In this document: in pieces, positions 33,701 to 45,600 of the stretch
Layout: every line of letters begins with the position of its first letter
Numbering within the stretch: the first letter of the stretch is position 1
Assembly: GCA_002633005.1 (NCBI GenBank)
Contig: NMRA01000131.1
Location: 46,296 to 110,295 of the forward strand
Reading direction: 5' to 3'
Length of the DNA stretch: 64,000 nucleotides
Origin: Phoronis australis
Taxonomy: Eukaryota > Animalia > Phoronida
Position numbers and translations under genes: made by a program
The notes under the pieces: generated by a model
Told to the model about the DNA's origin: nothing
The model's database searches: none
What the model saw: the letters and a program-made list of their open reading frames with translations, nothing else

Positions 33701-36210
33701 ATTTTCAATAGTATTAAAAATTCAATGGATAGTTTACTATCGGTATGCATCAAAGCTAAAACTTGACGTACAGCAATGAAAGTCAAATAGCAGAAGAAAG
33801 AACAATTAATGTTCCCAAATGCGCTAAAAATTTAGGGAACATTATTGAGTCCTTGTTGGGAATGTTCATTGCAACTGGGCACTGGTGCCCTGATTTTTAC
33901 ATATGGAGCTGATTAAAATTGCGCTATCAATCGACTACAACTGAAATTAATATGTGACGAACCATCAACAATGTCATCGGCAACTGTAAAAATTGTAGGC
34001 TACCGATAAGGACTACCTGTTAAAATGAGATTTCTAAATTACTATATTCCTAAAAATTACTATTATCATGAATTATTTGTTGATGAAGTGATCAGATTCT
34101 TGTTGTCAATGTGATCAATTCATACTGCGAAAACCACTTACTGCTGATGAGTTTTAGTTTTTTATTACGACGTGAGAGATACTTTTACTTACTTTATAAT
34201 TAATTTTTCACACATTACGTAAAAAGCATAAAACGCTATTTTTGAAGGCTATGATCTATTAAAAAGAATTAATACTCTTTTGATTCCAGGTATGGTTTCA
34301 AAATAGACGGGCTAAATGGAAGAAACGAAAGAAGTGCACAAATATGTTCCGTTCACATGGTGGGCTAATCCCATCACATGGACTAGGGGGAGCTTTCGGT
34401 GAATCTTTCTTCCCCTCACCTGATCCTTGGACAGGGCTGGGTAAGTGCCAGCAGCACGCTATGCCAAGATTATGTGACACTAGGTCCCCAGTTGACGCCT
34501 AGTCGTGGTTGCACTTCACAGCTTGCGCTCGCTTGCACGGTTCTGCCTCGGACACAGTATTTTTCGCGGAGCCGTATTCATGTGATCACCATGAATATTG
34601 CAATACGAAATTACCCATATTTAGAGTTGGCGCAAATGCATATTCTGCGAGACATGGCCAAACGAACGCTGATCCACGCACAGGCTGCGGCTTAAGCCGC
34701 GAGCGGCAAAAAATCATTCAACATGATGGAAATCGGCCGCAGTGACACCTAGCGGGAGAGGCAGTCAGGCTAACGACCCCATACACGATGCGACGACTGC
34801 TGGTCACCGATTGCTGCGTCGTTTGCGGCTACCTTACTACAAAGTCGATTTAACCTACCCATTCTTTCTCTAAAACATATTGGTCTATTCAGTCAATGAA
34901 TGCTGGTGATCCTCAAATATTACCCGCGTATTTGCTTCTCAAAAATTATTTCTAAACTTTTCAAATCAAAACTTCAATCTATGAGTGGATGACATTTCTA
35001 TCAAATTACAAAGAAATGATATTGATTCGGCACCTTTTTATTACCTGTTTAAAATTAAATTTGAAGTGTCCACAGTTTTGCTGCAAGCACTCTTGCAGGC
35101 GGCGAACAAAGTTGTTAATCACTCGACTACATCCTTGAATGTATACGTGGTTTTAGCTATCATTTTTTTAAAGTTTACAAGAAGTGGAATTCAATGTCAA
35201 TCAACTGTCCAGCTCCCTCTGTTGGTGTACCACTAGTCACCAGGAATAAAAATTCAAACCTCAAAGAACTGCATGACATTCTCCTCATTCGGGATTTTTT
35301 GATGTCGCGTAATCCAGTATCGTCATGGGGACTGAATGGTTTGCATGAAAATTAGTCATTTGAAAATTTTAACTAACATGAAACTCTGTTGTCCATGTCA
35401 ATTCAATTCCTAAAAAACGACTGAAATCTGAATTGTCTCCTAAATCTTCGTATTTATTCAAAGACACATATGTACAAAGCGAATAATGAATAAGACTAAT
35501 AAATAATCCTCTTTGTTGGTTTTCTGTACATAGGTCAAATGGCGGGATGTTCTCTCGGTAACCCTCTCACGGCCGCCGCTGCCGGCTTACAGCGACAGAA
35601 CTTGGGTGGTCACGGTGCCTTAGGTGGACCGACAGCATCCACCCCTCCAGGTAGGCAGAGTTAATGAAATGAATTTTTTTAACAGAATGCCGAAACTCGT
35701 TTCACTTAAAGTATGTATTTAAAGAGCTCAGTTCTGTTAAATTTGATGTCAGTTAAAATGAATGGACTTTTAGGTAATGTAGTCCAAATCTGACTGTTGC
35801 GCACTATCTCTCAACGTTTATTGACTATGGTATAACTGATTTTTAACATCCGGTGATTATAAATGTTATCATTGTCACAACAGTCACTTTCTATGAAGAA
35901 GTTTCATATTAATGAAACTTGTCAGAGCTGAAATTGTTCAACACCATTCCATTCAGTTCACTGGCACTAATTAGACGAACCCATTGCAATATTCATTCTT
36001 GTTGCAGGTATGGCCAACGGCGGCGTTCCCTTCGACTCAGGAGCTTATTCGTCGTCGTCCATTATGTATCCTAGCTCTGGCATGCAAAATGTGGACACGT
36101 CAAATTTGGGAGGCCGTATGGCTGACATTAACGCTTGGCAAGGCACAAGTATAGCAACTCTCAGAAGGAAGGCGCTCGAACATTCAGTCACACTCAACAC
36201 GTACCATTGA
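27760..36210 (+). CDS. Otp: Orthopedia, PRD-class Q50 homeodomain protein with C-terminal OAR motif (270 aa, 5 exons)
   Basis: Exons 27760-27826, 28164-28438, 34290-34440, 35534-35650 and 36008-36210 are all GT-AG with consistent phase (813 nt). Homeodomain [46 protein letters not shown]|[15 protein letters not shown], followed by Otp-type [14 protein letters not shown], and [19 protein letters not shown]. Confidence 0.96.
31297..31444. mobile_element. PIF/Harbinger-type MITE in Otp intron 2
   Basis: TIR GGCCCAGTTGCATAA / TTATGCAACTCAGCC; 3-bp TSD CAG; inverted sister copy at 60791-60939. Confidence 0.75.
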
Positions 36211-38729
36211 TACAAGTATATACATGACATTTCTGTTTATTGTGAATTACGTTTCAGTGTACAAACCTGTAACTCCATCCTCACCACACCACTTTGTAGT
36301 CAATTGATATTTGTACGTTTTTGTCACGTAACCCAGAGCGTAATAGAAGCGTCTGTGTTTTTCAGTGATGGAGTCATGTGCATTGACTTTTCCTGTGTTG
36401 TATTGTCATGAGCAACTTAGTTCAAAAACCGCGGAGATATTAAAAATGTCTCCATCAGATATCGAATTTGTGTAACCTGAAGCATAAAGCCCGTCATGGA
36501 AGTCGACTAATGCTTGTAGGAACTATTTGTTTTCGTATACATTTATTGTTCACAGTCGCAAGATTTGTAATACTCGTCATTTATGAGAGTGACCATGAAA
36601 AGGCGACTCGTTTATAGGGAGCTTCCATGAGAAACGTTATCGTTTGATAAACTTTTATTGTCATGACATAGCCCTTTGTTGGCGGGGGCTATTTCAGTAA
36701 AAAATAACTCGCACTGTCGAACTAAGCTTCGATTGAAGTATGATCAATCGGAATACGGCCCCGGAGTAGTCCTCAGTTTGTTATAACAAAGTTTGCAATT
36801 GAAGAAAATTTCAGCTAGTCGGTGGGTAAACCCGCGCGCCGCTAATCATCTTAGCGCTAGAGGCGAGGTATCCGTGACCGGGAACTTCTAATTATCGGCT
36901 TGGCTGATGAACAGTGTTGGCTTGGTTACTGCTGGCGGGCTATAGCACTGAATATTTTCATTGTTTCATTTGTGTAGGTTGCGTTGTGTGATAATTATTT
37001 CTTTTGTCGATTGTATAATAAAGATAACGGAGTAACGCTATACAACATAAATTTGTGTCCTTAGCTGAGCGTGTATTACAAGGGGCAGACGAAACTTGAA
37101 CAAACACCTCAAAATGCTATATTTCTGCCAGAAACCAGCTTATGAGGTAGTTTTCACTTCATAAGTGACTATCACATTGCTCGTAATCCAAAAGTGATAA
37201 CTGGTAACCAGGTAATCTAAACCAAAGGATTTCAGGAATAAATGTCACTGTTTTACTTAATATGTCACTTCGTGCACAACTGAATAAAAATTGAAACCTT
37301 ATAAAACGATTTTATAATTTTCGGTTTTCAAAATATGGCCGCCAGCTCAAAACCTTATTCAAATTAAATTAAATGAAATGAATATAACTTTGGAAGGACA
37401 ATGTTGCAACAAATTTCAATTTCAAAATGCATCCCAGGTTCGCCTCAGAACGTTTGAAGAATATAGTTCTTTTGTAGAACAAAAACTGCAAGCTATATGC
37501 CAACTACTCAATCTTTGCATGTATATCGAATTGGTGGATTTTTTCAGTTTGCATTTTAAATCTTCAATTAGTCAGTTACTTACAAGAGCTTAAAACTCAG
37601 CAAATGACGGTAAAACGTGCTGCCCTACTCAATAATGTCCTAAACTATCGTCGTTATTTTGCGACAAAGGGGTCTTCTTATAATTATCCTTCAGTATGGT
37701 GCATCCACCTCTTTTACTGGTGTGCCACAACCATGTTATTCACTGCCAAGTATACAACCAGGGAAATGTTGTATATCTCTTCATCACCTCGAAAGATACT
37801 ATTTATCAGTCCTAAGTTATGTAAATTGCAGAAGAATAGCACATAAGCGATTTCTTGTTACACATTTCAAGTTCGATTTTCTATATTTTTCAATTTTACC
37901 TTCTATTAAGTGGAGGGAAGAGTTATGAAGAAAACGGAAATTGCTGCGCACGCTTCACTGTGCAACAACCATTCTTCTATAATTGACGAGCAATCTTAGG
38001 CACAAGTTAAAACTGTTTCCAAGCAAGTGGCGAGGATTAGTTATATAACACTACTTTAACTTCATTTACTGATATAGGCTTTTAAAATTAGTCTGTACCT
38101 TTTAAGAAATATCATTTACAAAATTGCAGTTTGTGATTTAAAATGAAACCGCAGGCTAATTCCTTTATTGATTGGCCAAATTAGTTAGAAATACAACATT
38201 TAGCGACGAAGTGAATATGGAGTAGGTTGAAAATTGCCAAATGTTTTTAAGAACGTGTTTTGTGGCGAAAATGATCCGCTGCACATCACTGAACTGTCAG
38301 TAAGTATCGTGACGTGGTGCTGGGGAATAACACTGCATGATATGGGTACGTTAGCACGCGAGGTAAGTCATTAATGCGAAGATCACCTATTTGCAGATTA
38401 TTTGTTTTCACGTTTACAAAACGTCAATGAATACAACTTGCACTTTGTTTAGTGTAGATTATGTTAAATAGCATTGTCGTTTAGTTCCTGCTATACATTA
38501 GCAATTGGTTAGGAGTATGCACATCTTTAAGTCACCGGTACAATAAGCTTCAACCTGTGGATCTTGTTAGCATGCGAGCTTATTTTCGTTGTAACCACCC
38601 ACTTACTCTGCTATAACTCGACGATACACTTAGTCCTACAGCAAATTTTTGATTTACCGGTAACTAATCATACGACTCCGCACTGTTCAGTGCATGCTCA
38701 TAATGCCCCCTGTGGAGAGTTTTGAAACT

Positions 38730-38975
38730 AATCGGTAGAACGCCAATTTTCCAAAACCAAAAAATAATTTTATTTACTCAAATAAGTGTGTAGTTTTTAA
38801 TGACACTAATTTTGTGTCATATTTTATCTGGTCATTTTTTACCCACATTGGCGCAAAGCTGTGTATGTAATATATATATATATGTATATTACATATACAG
38901 CTTTGTACCAACTTGAAGGCTAAGTGGTAGCTAGCTGTATTATGACGACAGTCTTCATAAAGCTACCTGGCTGTC
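38730..38975. repeat. Fragment of the 8042-10448 foldback family end
   Basis: Colinear with ~10285-10448; the terminal hairpin is expanded by a (TA)n tract (CAAAGCTGTGTATGTAATATA...TATATTACATATACAGCTTTG). Confidence 0.7.
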
Positions 38976-39622
38976 TAACATAGAATAAGAGACACACATC
39001 TTACGTTCGCACAAACTTAGAGTAGAAAATGCCAAAAATAACTTCGAGGTCGATTACGAGTAGGTAAGGAGATAAAAACTCGGCCCCATGTGAAAGCAAA
39101 CTTGCATCAAGGCACCGTGGTTCCGGCGACCACCTTATTGTACAAATGCTGTGTTTTCAAAGGCTAATGACTTTCAATACACATCATTTGCGCGTACTTA
39201 AGAGCGTGCACTCTGAGCATGCACACAGCTTGCGATGACACTGAAAGAACAAAATGTCGATGATTTTGCATTAAAAACGGCGATATGTGACCCCAAAACA
39301 TGATATCTTTCCCAAAACACAATCCCTTATTCCTTTATCTATTCCGAGCATCTTAGTCGTGAATCTTTTATTTCAAAATCCCCCCATAAGTGCCTTGAGT
39401 GATCAGCTGCTAGCCGACTGACAGAACGGATGACATGCGACCCTGAAGCCCTAACATCACCTCGCTCCATAAATTACTTAGCTTATGTCAATGTGTTGGT
39501 TTTCAAACCCCAAAAGAATGTGATGACCTCGGCCATTATCACATTTCTGAAAACCACCTTATGGATTCGGGAAAATAGGTTGATCATTGTCTCTTGATAA
39601 CATTGGAAAATATAGGGAAATC

Positions 39623-40494
39623 ACTTACTGAGAGACAAAACTTGACATATGGTAGCAAACGTTTCGGCCTGGTTCGTCAAGCCGTTGTTGATGACTTGAG
39701 TATTTTCAGCCGTAAGCTTGATAAAGATGTCACTGTAGAGGGGAGATATTTTGAACACCATGGTCCCGATTCAAAAGGAGGACGGGACGTGCGTGCCAGC
39801 TCTGCTCCTTGCCAACCTTGACGGAGGCAAGAGAGAAAGGCAGAATGTGGCCAATGTGTGCTCACCCACGGCAGTCGGTCTGTCGAGTTTTTTGTGTTGT
39901 TTAAACCTGATTGGAAAACTTGATCGTCCCTCAGTCGCCTTCCTTTACACACTCAGAAGGGCTGTCTAAACGTCAACGCATGTACAAAACCTATGGGATG
40001 TCTTCGTACATGAAAGCGATTGCCACCCTTCATTCATTGCTCGCTAGACTTAAAGACCAAACCCACATGGAGGAACAATCTGGTGTTATTTACCAGCTTA
40101 CCTGTGACCAGGATCCCAATCACACTCAGTTGGGGAAACAAAAAGGTCATTTGGAATCATGCATGTTTGGAGAACACAAAATATCGACAGATCGACTCAG
40201 TGCCGTGGGTGAGCACACATTGACCACTGGACATTCTGCCTCTCTTGCTCCGGCCAAGATCATTGGCAAAAAGCAGAATTAACTGGCACGCAGGTAAAAT
40301 CAAGGAATCTATCAAAATCAGGATCACACTCTTTTGAATAGAGACCGTGGTGCTCTCCTCTCCACAGTGACGTCCTTATCAAGCGCATGGCGGCGGGAAA
40401 CACTTCAGATACTCCAGACATCAGCAAAGGCCTGGCGGATCAGGCCGAAACGTCTGCTACCATGACATTCGTCAATTTTTGTCTCTCAGTAAGT
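39623..40494 (+). mobile_element. Penelope-like retroelement remnant (GIY-YIG endonuclease end plus inverted pseudo-LTR)
   Basis: Decayed frame LKD.....QSGVIYQLTC...EH...SAVGEHTLTTGH...KIKESI...LNRDRG at ~40050-40350. Region 39623-39900 is an inverted copy of the 3' end (ACTTACTGAGAGACAAAA / TTTTGTCTCTCAGTAAGT). Confidence 0.85.
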
Positions 40495-41168
40495 ATAATT
40501 ACGCTATATTTACGGCCTTATTGACCACGCTGAAAGTCAACAATTGCATAATGTAATTGGTAGAATAATTATATTCTTGTTTAAAAACGTCTCGTTGCGT
40601 CTTAGAATTTATTTTTTCGGTCTGTGACAAATGCTCTTCTTTATGAAGTCGCAGTATGTCTAATTTACTGATGTCACCTAGTATAATATAAGAAACGTGA
40701 AAATGGATATCAAATTCAGTCGCTGTTCACAGAAAGAATATGGTAAAATCGATGAATCATGTTTAATCTCTTAAGGGGTGAGAAATTTTGACAAAAATAT
40801 GCGCATTATGACTAAAACAACATGCAAAGATAAATGTTTGGTGTCCGCGCACTAGCATAATTATGAGTTTGTGTTATACGTTGCATCGACCTTTGTTATG
40901 ATGTGCAGAACCATATCTAACTCAATCAACAATTAAAATTACATACCAAAACACATTTTCATTTTATGCGTGTTTTATTAGAAAAATACAAAATCTTTAG
41001 GTAACAAGAAGCGTCATTTCGTATACAAACAGCAACAAATCAACAGTTTTTGAAATTCGAATGTAGTACCCTAACCACCCGATCGAGTCAATTATTCCAT
41101 AAGAAGAACAACTGATTAAGGAAAACTATCAGTGAGTCCTTAAAGTCTAGTCTTCAGAATGCTGTTGT

Positions 41169-41360
41169 AGTCGCAGTCGCAATCGCAGGTTGTTGCAGAA
41201 GTTGCTATGAGAAACAGCAGCTGTTGCTAGCTGTCGCTAGCTGTCGCTGGCTGTCGCTAGCTGTCGCAAGCTGTCGCGCCTATTCTGTTTTCCGTTACTT
41301 CACGAGCGAATTTTATTATACAACGTCAGGAATAACCCACAAAAGGTTGCGACTGCAACT
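41169..41360. mobile_element. MITE with internal 10-bp tandem (GCTGTCGCTA)n
   Basis: TIR AGTCGCAGTCGCAATC / GGTTGCGACTGCAACT; ~6 copies of the 10-mer at 41220-41277. Confidence 0.6.
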
Positions 41361-41366
41361 TTTACA

Positions 41367-41647
41367 CAGCGCTCACATGCCGTCCGATCAGGACATCTGA
41401 TCCACCGTCTGAAAAAAGATTTATATGGGAATGCGTGTCAGACGTCTTATCTCTATTATTTTTTTCGTCTGGCCCAAAATCAGACGACATATCTGCCTCC
41501 GTTGGATGCCCACATTCCAATAACTTGACTTTTGAATGGTTAGGCTTTGCCCGCCCATGGCGATAGAGCGGGATTGGCCAGCATGATACACATCTTCTGA
41601 TCGAACGTCCTATCAACCATCTCATGAAAATTCCACATGTGAATGCT
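41367..41647. mobile_element. Probable Harbinger-type MITE
   Basis: Imperfect TIR AGCGCTCACATG / CATGTGAATGCT, with internal CGATCAG/CTGATCG inverted motifs. Confidence 0.45.
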
Positions 41648-42614
41648 TTATTAGTTTATTGATATGGGTGAATTGTGTGAACACTGGTGTTTGCATTATG
41701 AGCGAAGCGTTACAAACATATTACAGCTGGGAAGTATAGACCGATTGTTGATAATTCTGCAATTGCGGTAAACACTCCTCTATTTCGGTCATACAAACTT
41801 GTTTTTCAAAAAGTGCAGGTTATATCTGTGAAGTTTAAAACAACCGAAGAAGTTCTAACCGCAAAAGTGTGAACTGGATCATAACAGTAATAGAAATAGA
41901 ACAATGCCCTGCTCTCACTATGACGTCTTGTTTTATTGATTCAACTTGAACAGACTGCCCCCAAATTAAGGAAGTTTTACGGTAATCACATGACAAATGG
42001 ATCATCTGTGTTGAGTGGTTGTAAATATAGATATCCCACAACATAATCGCAGTATAACTTTTTGAGAAAGTGCAATAACTTTGCTCACTTTTATTCAGTT
42101 AACTACAACAGCGCCACCTATATGTACCGTCGGAAGCCATATTTTAACTTGGCATCCCACCTCCACCACAGATTAGTGATGGCTGTGGCATCGCCCACAA
42201 TTATTGACATTTTCAAAAGGTACGAAAGTTCACTTTTTGACAAACCCCTCACTCATAAACTCCCAAAAATGATACATTTCCCCTCTCTCTGAAACCATTT
42301 CCATCAGGTATTCCCTTCAGACATCCCTTTCAACACAGTGGCGAGAGTCGAATGTTTGCTATACAATGAAATCGAGTTGTGAAATAAGGCAGGTTAGCAC
42401 CTCTTATTTTCTGCAGTTATTCGGTGTTTGAAATGGTGTTCATGGGTTTCATTTTTGGCTTCACAAACCTCTTCACTGTATTTTACTTAGAAGTGACATT
42501 TTTTAAACTGGTGAAGTTGAAAATTTCAAGTCAGCCGTTGACCCCTCCTTCAATGTACCTTTTGTAAGCTTTTGAAAATGTTTATACTTAGTGGGCTACC
42601 TCTAAAGAAGCTGG

Positions 42615-45600
42615 TCATTTGTTTTGCGCGGGTTTGGCAAGAGGAGTTCCTGTTGAGTTCATATTGTGATCCCTGAAACGTTAAAATGATAACGTGAGTA
42701 AAACAACAATGCCGCAACACCAGTTCATTATGCTCCAATTGCTTGCAATTACTACTTATAAATCATCTAATTGGACCGATTGAGGAAACCTTTAACCATG
42801 GTCCCATGCACGCGTCACCAAGGGGATAATTTACATTCTTCTGGGTAAAAGCCGCTGGGGGAAGTAGGTACATAGACATGTGTGGCTCACTGTTTTCACA
42901 AAAGGTCTTAGAACCTTGTTCAGTCCATGTTGGGTTTACAAAGAAATAGCTAGTTACGATTTTTCGATTATTTAAAACACTTTTAGCTCTGGAAAAATTT
43001 CAGTCCTCTTTTTAGTGAAACATTGTCAACAAGCAGGTAAAAATGTTACTCGACTGCATCATCATGTTGTGCAAAATATTTCAGCAAATAATCTATTTCA
43101 TTCAAAATTCTTCAAGACCCACGCTGCACAAATTAGGTCACGTCAAAAATCACAAGCTTTCAACTGGAATAAATCGAGTCAGCGGCCGTGAATCTCTTCC
43201 TTGAAACAATCAATGATGTACATTTGGTTCATGGTATTGCCATGTGTAATTGGGAACGATTACTCGTCCACATATCAAAGAATAAATAAAGTGTTCCACC
43301 CGAAAACGTGATTCACAACCAAAACATTGGTTTTCAAAGATGTTGGTGCATTCGATATGGAACTCCATATTTACAATTCATCAAAACTTACCCAAAATAT
43401 ATTTTACCGTCTTTTGCCTTGCTCAGTTTATTTACAATTGTCACTAGCTTGTCTTTATTTTCATTGACGCCAAGCTCCTGAAGTAACAAACCATATTATT
43501 TGCTTGTCTTGATAACATATTGAATTGACATTATCGGTCAGAAAAGTGGTTTTCTGACATCAGCCAGGGAGCGCATTCAAACCTGGAACCTTCACGGTAG
43601 CAGCTAAGTGCTTGCCGGAGGAGCAAAACCCCGCGTAATTTAAAGTATATAAAGTGGTAAGGTCACCTAGCTTGAATTCATCGAATGTCTGACAGTCAAC
43701 AAAATAACCATAAACAGGAGACACGAACATTTGCAGGCGTTTGCTATTTTTCTAGAACACGCTTCATTAGAGACTTTTCCAAGCAATATTAACTGTATTA
43801 CCAACATCACTTATGGCAAAATTACAATCGATCAGAAAAACTATAATACCATTCTTAAACGAATTTTACACTCATATAACTTACCGTAAAACTAGTATTC
43901 AATTGGAGTCGACATTTTAATTCTGGACACTGTGCATAACTAGAAATCGCAGAGTATAAAACATGTACAGGGGTATAACCACGACATCTGTCTTTAAATT
44001 GAATTTTATTCTTAAGAAGTGGTTACCTGAAGGGCACACACAAAATCTTGCGGTGTCACTGAAAACGTGCCGTCTGCATCGTAGCTATTCAACACCTCAT
44101 ACAGTCTATCATCGTTAACAATCAAATGTTCCTTCAGAAGAATGACTGGATCACGTGGTGTGTAAGGATCGACTGCTGGTTTGCCAATGTCGTCTGTCGT
44201 ATTTCCGGACCGCAAAACTTGTCCATATACGGTTTTCAGCGCTCTGAGTTTCTGTAAATCTTCTGCCGTACGCAAAAATTCTATTTCCACGGGAATGTTC
44301 TGAAAACAGAAGAAAAAATCGTAGCTTATTCTATACGCAAAGTTCATGTCAAAAGGACCTGGTCATTTCATATGCAGATTTACGATTGTTGTAGAATGCG
44401 CATGGATTATGAAGCATGCAGCATTGCAGCTTATGGTTGACGGTAGGACTACGGTAAACTTTTATCTCCCAAAGAAGAATTTCTTTTCTACACCTATTCA
44501 AATATTTGCCATCCTTTAGACTCATAACACCAGGTCTGCAACGATTTTACAGAAGAACAGGACCCATGTCTTACTGATAAATCCAGAATTTTTATGGCAC
44601 TGTTTTCGTTGTGACTAATTGCAGTAACCACAGCAACGGCACCTGTAGTCGATATCGGATTATTTCCCATCTGTAACGAGATCACACATTTGAAAACTTA
44701 AAAGGTAAATTGGAGGAAATAGTTTTTTTATGTTGTTATCATCATTCATGACAGTCGTCATGATCCTTTTTCTCCAGAGACATCGAAAAATTAGCAGACG
44801 TTTATTGAGTGACTTCGATTTTACTGAAGTTCTAGGGATTCGTAATGGTACGTTTCTCTTATCAAATCTTCATTTTGTAGTCAATGTCCGATACTCTAGA
44901 AGCACGAACGTTGTCACCATCTATATGAAAAAGAAAACCACAATTTCTGATGAAGAAGCTTCATCTCAAAGAACATGCTGATTGAAAAATGTCTGGAAAC
45001 AAAATACAAAACAGAGCTTGAGGAATTTAAATACCATATTTAGGTTGCTTGGATAATCGAATTCTTACCTTTAATATTTCAAGAGTGTCATTCACGAGCA
45101 AAGCTTTAGCCAACCTCAAAGCAGTGTTCGTGTCAAGCCGGTTACCCGTAATATCTAGCTCCAAGAGAGACGAGTTCGTTTGTAGGGCCTCTGCAATAGC
45201 CACTCCACCCGTTGGTCCGAACCCATTCCATGACAGGTTGCAAACTTTTAAATGAACATTTTCCTGAAAGGATATATGAAGGCCGAGCTTGAATTATTTT
45301 TCTTTTTTCTTGTCCTAAATATTTCATGAATAAAGCAAACGAATATACTGAAAAATAAAAAAGGAAAATCTTGCTCACACGAGCGCGCAGGCACACAAGC
45401 ACACACAGTTATCCAGTCTTTGCGATCATCAGCGAATATACGAGAGATCTTTTTCCAATGCCAATTATTCTCCCCTGACAACCTTTTTATAAGAAGAAAT
45501 TTCTGACAATTGAGTTCACGTTTCAACATTCCCATGAAAGGAAAAAACATTGAGTATCGTAACTTTGATTTTTGCTTGATATATTGAATGTTTTGATAAA

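Noticed and set aside
34399-34745. ORFs extending Otp exon 3
   Set aside because: A strong donor at 34441 and in-phase downstream exons explain the gene; these frames have no recognisable similarity.
41000-42300. Alternative LRRC74 terminal exons
   Set aside because: Several phase-2 acceptors exist, but 42672 has a good pyrimidine tract and is the nearest plausible one; this cannot be settled without transcripts.
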